Source of the DNA: an uncultured bacterium
GTDB taxonomy: Bacteria > Margulisbacteria > WOR-1 > CAVSGV01
Assembly (NCBI GenBank): GCA_963699255.1
Contig: OY969425.1
Location: forward strand, 1,350,001-1,382,000
Direction of reading: 5' to 3'
DNA: 32,000 nt
The notes under the pieces were generated by a model. It did not search any database. It had not been told where the DNA came from and worked only from the letters and a program-made list of their open reading frames with translations. Both the position numbers and the translations under genes were made by a program. Shown piece by piece: positions 29,252 to 32,000 of the stretch; position 1 is the first letter of the stretch; the number at the start of each line of letters is the position of its first letter.

Positions 29252-30385
29252 ATGCCTACTGTAATATCTGATATCCATGATTATAATTCTTTATACAGCG
29301 CCTACATGCGGCTAAAAAATGAGGGCGACCACTCAACTTCAGCTAAAAATGCAAAAGCTATCTTTGGCCAAAAGGTAGACATAGACGGCGACAGCACTGC
29401 CGAGTTGTGGGAGTTCATGCAGAAAGCTAATGAGGCCCAGAACAGGATCATTTTTGCCGAAATAGAACCGCTTAAAACAGTTCAAAACAACAAATACCCG
29501 CAGATATCTGATGACAATCCCATTAATATTGTATTATCTATTGAGAGCGAAATAACGGGGGAAGAGAAAACAGCAAATACCTACGCCCTGATAAATGACA
29601 TAATTAAAGCAGCAAAAGAGAAGATCCCAGACGAGATGAGCCCGGTCGAAAAACTTCAGAAGTTATATTGCATTATCCGGGACGACTTCAATATTCAAGC
29701 TAAAGATGGACTCTTCCAGTTATCAGAAGGGCTTGTTAAAGAGAATAAAGCTGCGAATTGTGTTTTGAGCAGTTATATTTACATTGCCGTCGCGCATGAA
29801 ATGGGGTGGCCGTTATATTATGCGTCCAGCGAAAGACACGCCTTTGTTTACTGGAAAATTGACGAAAGCAAATATTTTGGTTTTGAAACTACAAATGGAG
29901 GCGGGGTGAGCGCTAAAGCTTGCAATCTCATAAGACGGGAAGCAAAATTCGCTCTTAGTAACGGCATTAACCGCCTTATTGCTGACACCTTCAACAATCG
30001 TGGGCTTGTATATAATATGTCAGGCGAAAAAGGCAGGGCAATCGATGATTACGGGAATGCAATCAATTTGAAGCCTGATGACCCAGACAGCTACAATAAT
30101 CGTGGAGTTGCATACGATGAACAAGGCAAATTTGACCTGGCGATCAAAGATTACAGCAGCGCCATTGAGTTATCGGGAACTGAACCAGACTTCTATGGTA
30201 ATCGCGGTTTCGCATATTTTGAGTCAGGCATATATGACAAGGCAATTGACGATTACAGTATGGTCATTAAATTAAAACCTGAGGAACCAGACACCTACAA
30301 ACATCGTGGAGATGCGTATTATGAGCTAGGCAAGTATAAATTGGCTGAAGAAGACTTTGAAATGGCCCGAAAATTATCGAAATAG
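29252..30385 (+). CDS. Transglutaminase-like (SirB1-like) plus TPR-repeat protein
   Basis: NCVLSSYIYIAVAHEMGWPLYYASSERHAFVYWK...FGFETTNGG (candidate Cys/His/Glu), then repeats of NNRGLVY..KGRAIDDYGNAINLKPDDPDSYNNRGVAYDEQGKFDLAIKDYSSAIEL. Confidence 0.8.
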   Translation: MPTVISDIHDYNSLYSAYMRLKNEGDHSTSAKNAKAIFGQKVDIDGDSTAELWEFMQKANEAQNRIIFAEIEPLKTVQNNKYPQISDDNPINIVLSIESEITGEEKTANTYALINDIIKAAKEKIPDEMSPVEKLQKLYCIIRDDFNIQAKDGLFQLSEGLVKENKAANCVLSSYIYIAVAHEMGWPLYYASSERHAFVYWKIDESKYFGFETTNGGGVSAKACNLIRREAKFALSNGINRLIADTFNNRGLVYNMSGEKGRAIDDYGNAINLKPDDPDSYNNRGVAYDEQGKFDLAIKDYSSAIELSGTEPDFYGNRGFAYFESGIYDKAIDDYSMVIKLKPEEPDTYKHRGDAYYELGKYKLAEEDFEMARKLSK

Positions 30386-30395
30386 TCTCTTAAAC

Positions 30396-31724
30396 CTATT
30401 TGACCAAGCTTGCCAATCTATCAATATCTGTTTTTTTGACCATCTCTGTTACGGCTATAAGCATGTGATTTTTTAGCTCAGGATAGAACCTGCCCAGATC
30501 AAGCCCCCCGACAATATTATTCTCAAGCAGTTTCTTATTTATTTGATCCACAGGCCTTGCTGTTTTTATCACAAACTCCTTGAATGACGAGGCTTTGAAG
30601 GCAACGAACTTCGAAAGTTGTTTTTTCGCGTAGTTCGTTTTCTGCAGGCACTGATCGGCAACTTCCCTTAGGCCGGATTTTCCCATTGTCGCCAGGTAAA
30701 CCGTCGCCGCCAGCGCGCAAAGGGCTTCGTTAGAGCAGATATTCGAAAAAGCTTTTTCCCTCCTGATGTGCTGCTCTCTTGCCTGTATCGTCAGCACATA
30801 ACCGCGCCGGCCTTTTGTGTCAACGGTCTCCCCGACGATCCTGCCGGGCATTAACCGGAGATATTCTTTCTTCACGGCGAAGATCCCTAGATACGGCCCG
30901 CCAAAATTCTGGGGGAGGCCAAGCGACTGGCCTTCGCCCGTGACGACATCAGCGCCAATATCACCGGGGCGCTTGAGAATTCCGAGAGAGATGGGGTCGA
31001 CAGAAACTACCGATAACACCCCTTTGGATCTGGCGAGTTTCGAAAAAGCCTCAAGGTCTTCAGGGCATCCGAAGAAATTGGGATTAGCTAATATTATACA
31101 AGCGGTCCGGTCCGACAGCTTCTTGCCGGCCTCGGCAAAGTCAGATGTGCCAAGGGATTGCTGGTATCCGAACTCAATGGCTTCCCAGCCTGCCCCCGCT
31201 GCGTATGTATCCAGAACTTTCCTGTAATTCGGGTTCACGGCTTTTGAGACAAGGACTTCCTTTCTTCCCGTAAAGTGCACCGCCAGGGACGCGGCTTCGG
31301 CCAGAGACGTTGCCCCGTCATACATGGAAGCGTTCGCGGCATCCATTCCGGTCAAGGCGCAGATCAATGATTGATACTCGAAGATAGACTGCAGCATTCC
31401 CTGGCTTATTTCCGGCTGGTATGGCGTATATGAGGTGTAAAATTCGGACTTATTGATTATATGGCTGACAGTGCTGGGAATAAAATGATTGTAAGCTCCT
31501 CCCCCAAGGAAGGAAACAAGCTCTTTAGAGTTCTTATTCTGTTTGGCGAGATCTTCCAGCGATTCTTTAAGCTCGGTCTCGGACATTCCCTGTGGAGGGA
31601 CCGTCCCGACGCTATTTATCCTTACTTTGCCTGGAATGACCCTGAAGAGATCTTCGATGCTTTTGGCTCCGGAGGCGGATAGCATGCGCTCCTGATCGGC
31701 TTTGGTGTTTGGGGTATAACGCAT
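30396..31724 (-). CDS. gcvPA: Glycine dehydrogenase (decarboxylating) subunit 1 (GcvPA)
   Basis: MRYTPNTKADQERMLSASGAKSIEDLFRVIP, GGGAYNHFIPSTVSHI, YTPYQPEISQGMLQSIFEYQSLICALTGMDAANASMYDGATSLAEA. Confidence 0.96.
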   Translation of the reverse strand: MRYTPNTKADQERMLSASGAKSIEDLFRVIPGKVRINSVGTVPPQGMSETELKESLEDLAKQNKNSKELVSFLGGGAYNHFIPSTVSHIINKSEFYTSYTPYQPEISQGMLQSIFEYQSLICALTGMDAANASMYDGATSLAEAASLAVHFTGRKEVLVSKAVNPNYRKVLDTYAAGAGWEAIEFGYQQSLGTSDFAEAGKKLSDRTACIILANPNFFGCPEDLEAFSKLARSKGVLSVVSVDPISLGILKRPGDIGADVVTGEGQSLGLPQNFGGPYLGIFAVKKEYLRLMPGRIVGETVDTKGRRGYVLTIQAREQHIRREKAFSNICSNEALCALAATVYLATMGKSGLREVADQCLQKTNYAKKQLSKFVAFKASSFKEFVIKTARPVDQINKKLLENNIVGGLDLGRFYPELKNHMLIAVTEMVKKTDIDRLASLVK

Positions 31725-31730
31725 TCGGAA

Positions 31731-32000
31731 CTACTTTTTAAGCAAAGCTTCGTAATCAGATGCGGAAAGAAGCTTGTCCAGGTCGGAGGGATTCGCCATT
31801 TTTACTTTTATCATCCAACCTTCTCCATACGGGTCGCTGTTAACGGCTTCGGGCTTTGAAGAGAGGTTTGAATTAACCTCCGTCACCTCGCCGGATACGG
31901 GGCAGTAAAGCGTTGAGACGGTTTTTACCGATTCAACGACGCCGAACTCCTTCATCGAACTGTATTTTGTGCCGATCTTTGGAAGTTCCACGTAGACAAT
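31731..32000 (-). CDS. gcvH: Glycine cleavage system H protein (5' end beyond window)
   Basis: ...IVYVELPKIGTKYSSMKEFGVVESVKTVSTLYCPVSGEVTEVN...DPYGEGWMIKV; frame stays open to the window end. Confidence 0.95.
   Translation of the reverse strand: MVYVELPKIGTKYSSMKEFGVVESVKTVSTLYCPVSGEVTEVNSNLSSKPEAVNSDPYGEGWMIKVKMANPSDLDKLLSASDYEALLKK

Overview
This is a chromosomal, origin-proximal window from a diderm (lipid A-making) uncultured-lineage bacterium. The gene set and order resemble candidate phyla near Cyanobacteria such as Margulisbacteria/WOR-1, but that placement is only an inference. The replication origin lies around 18.85-20.9 kb. Left of it, on the minus strand, are rpmH-rnpA-yidD-yidC-khpB/jag-mnmE-folD, then a Cas4-like/DUF2779 nuclease, a DegT aminotransferase plus Gfo/Idh/MocA oxidoreductase (frameshifted), rseP, mnmG, ompH/skp, lpxD, a GT4 glycosyltransferase, a beta-barrel protein, lpxC, a fabZ-lpxA fusion and lpxB (truncated by the window edge). 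Right of it, on the plus strand, are dnaA-dnaN-recF-dciA(DUF721)-gyrB-gyrA-GerMN-VanZ and a transglutaminase/TPR protein, followed by minus-strand gcvPA-gcvH (gcvH truncated). No classical mobile element, CRISPR, rRNA or tRNA was seen. Signals I regard as most worth checking: two perfect parS sites (one inside yidD) together with an unusually dense chain of DnaA boxes extending about 4 kb left of dnaA through mnmE/jag/yidC; a putative DnaA-trio/DUE in the dnaA-dnaN gap; a perfect consensus promoter for rpmH and an unusually short L34; a 26-bp palindromic element that appears to insert about 10 residues into LpxC; a FabZ-LpxA fusion; possible GnnA/GnnB-type lipid A sugar genes; a low-complexity N-terminal extension on GyrA; a DciA with a zinc-ribbon-like motif; a leaderless-looking AbrB-like regulator with an 18-bp palindrome at its start; and a small opposite-strand two-gene island of unknown function. 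I did not find a clear previously undescribed multi-gene defence or mobile system.
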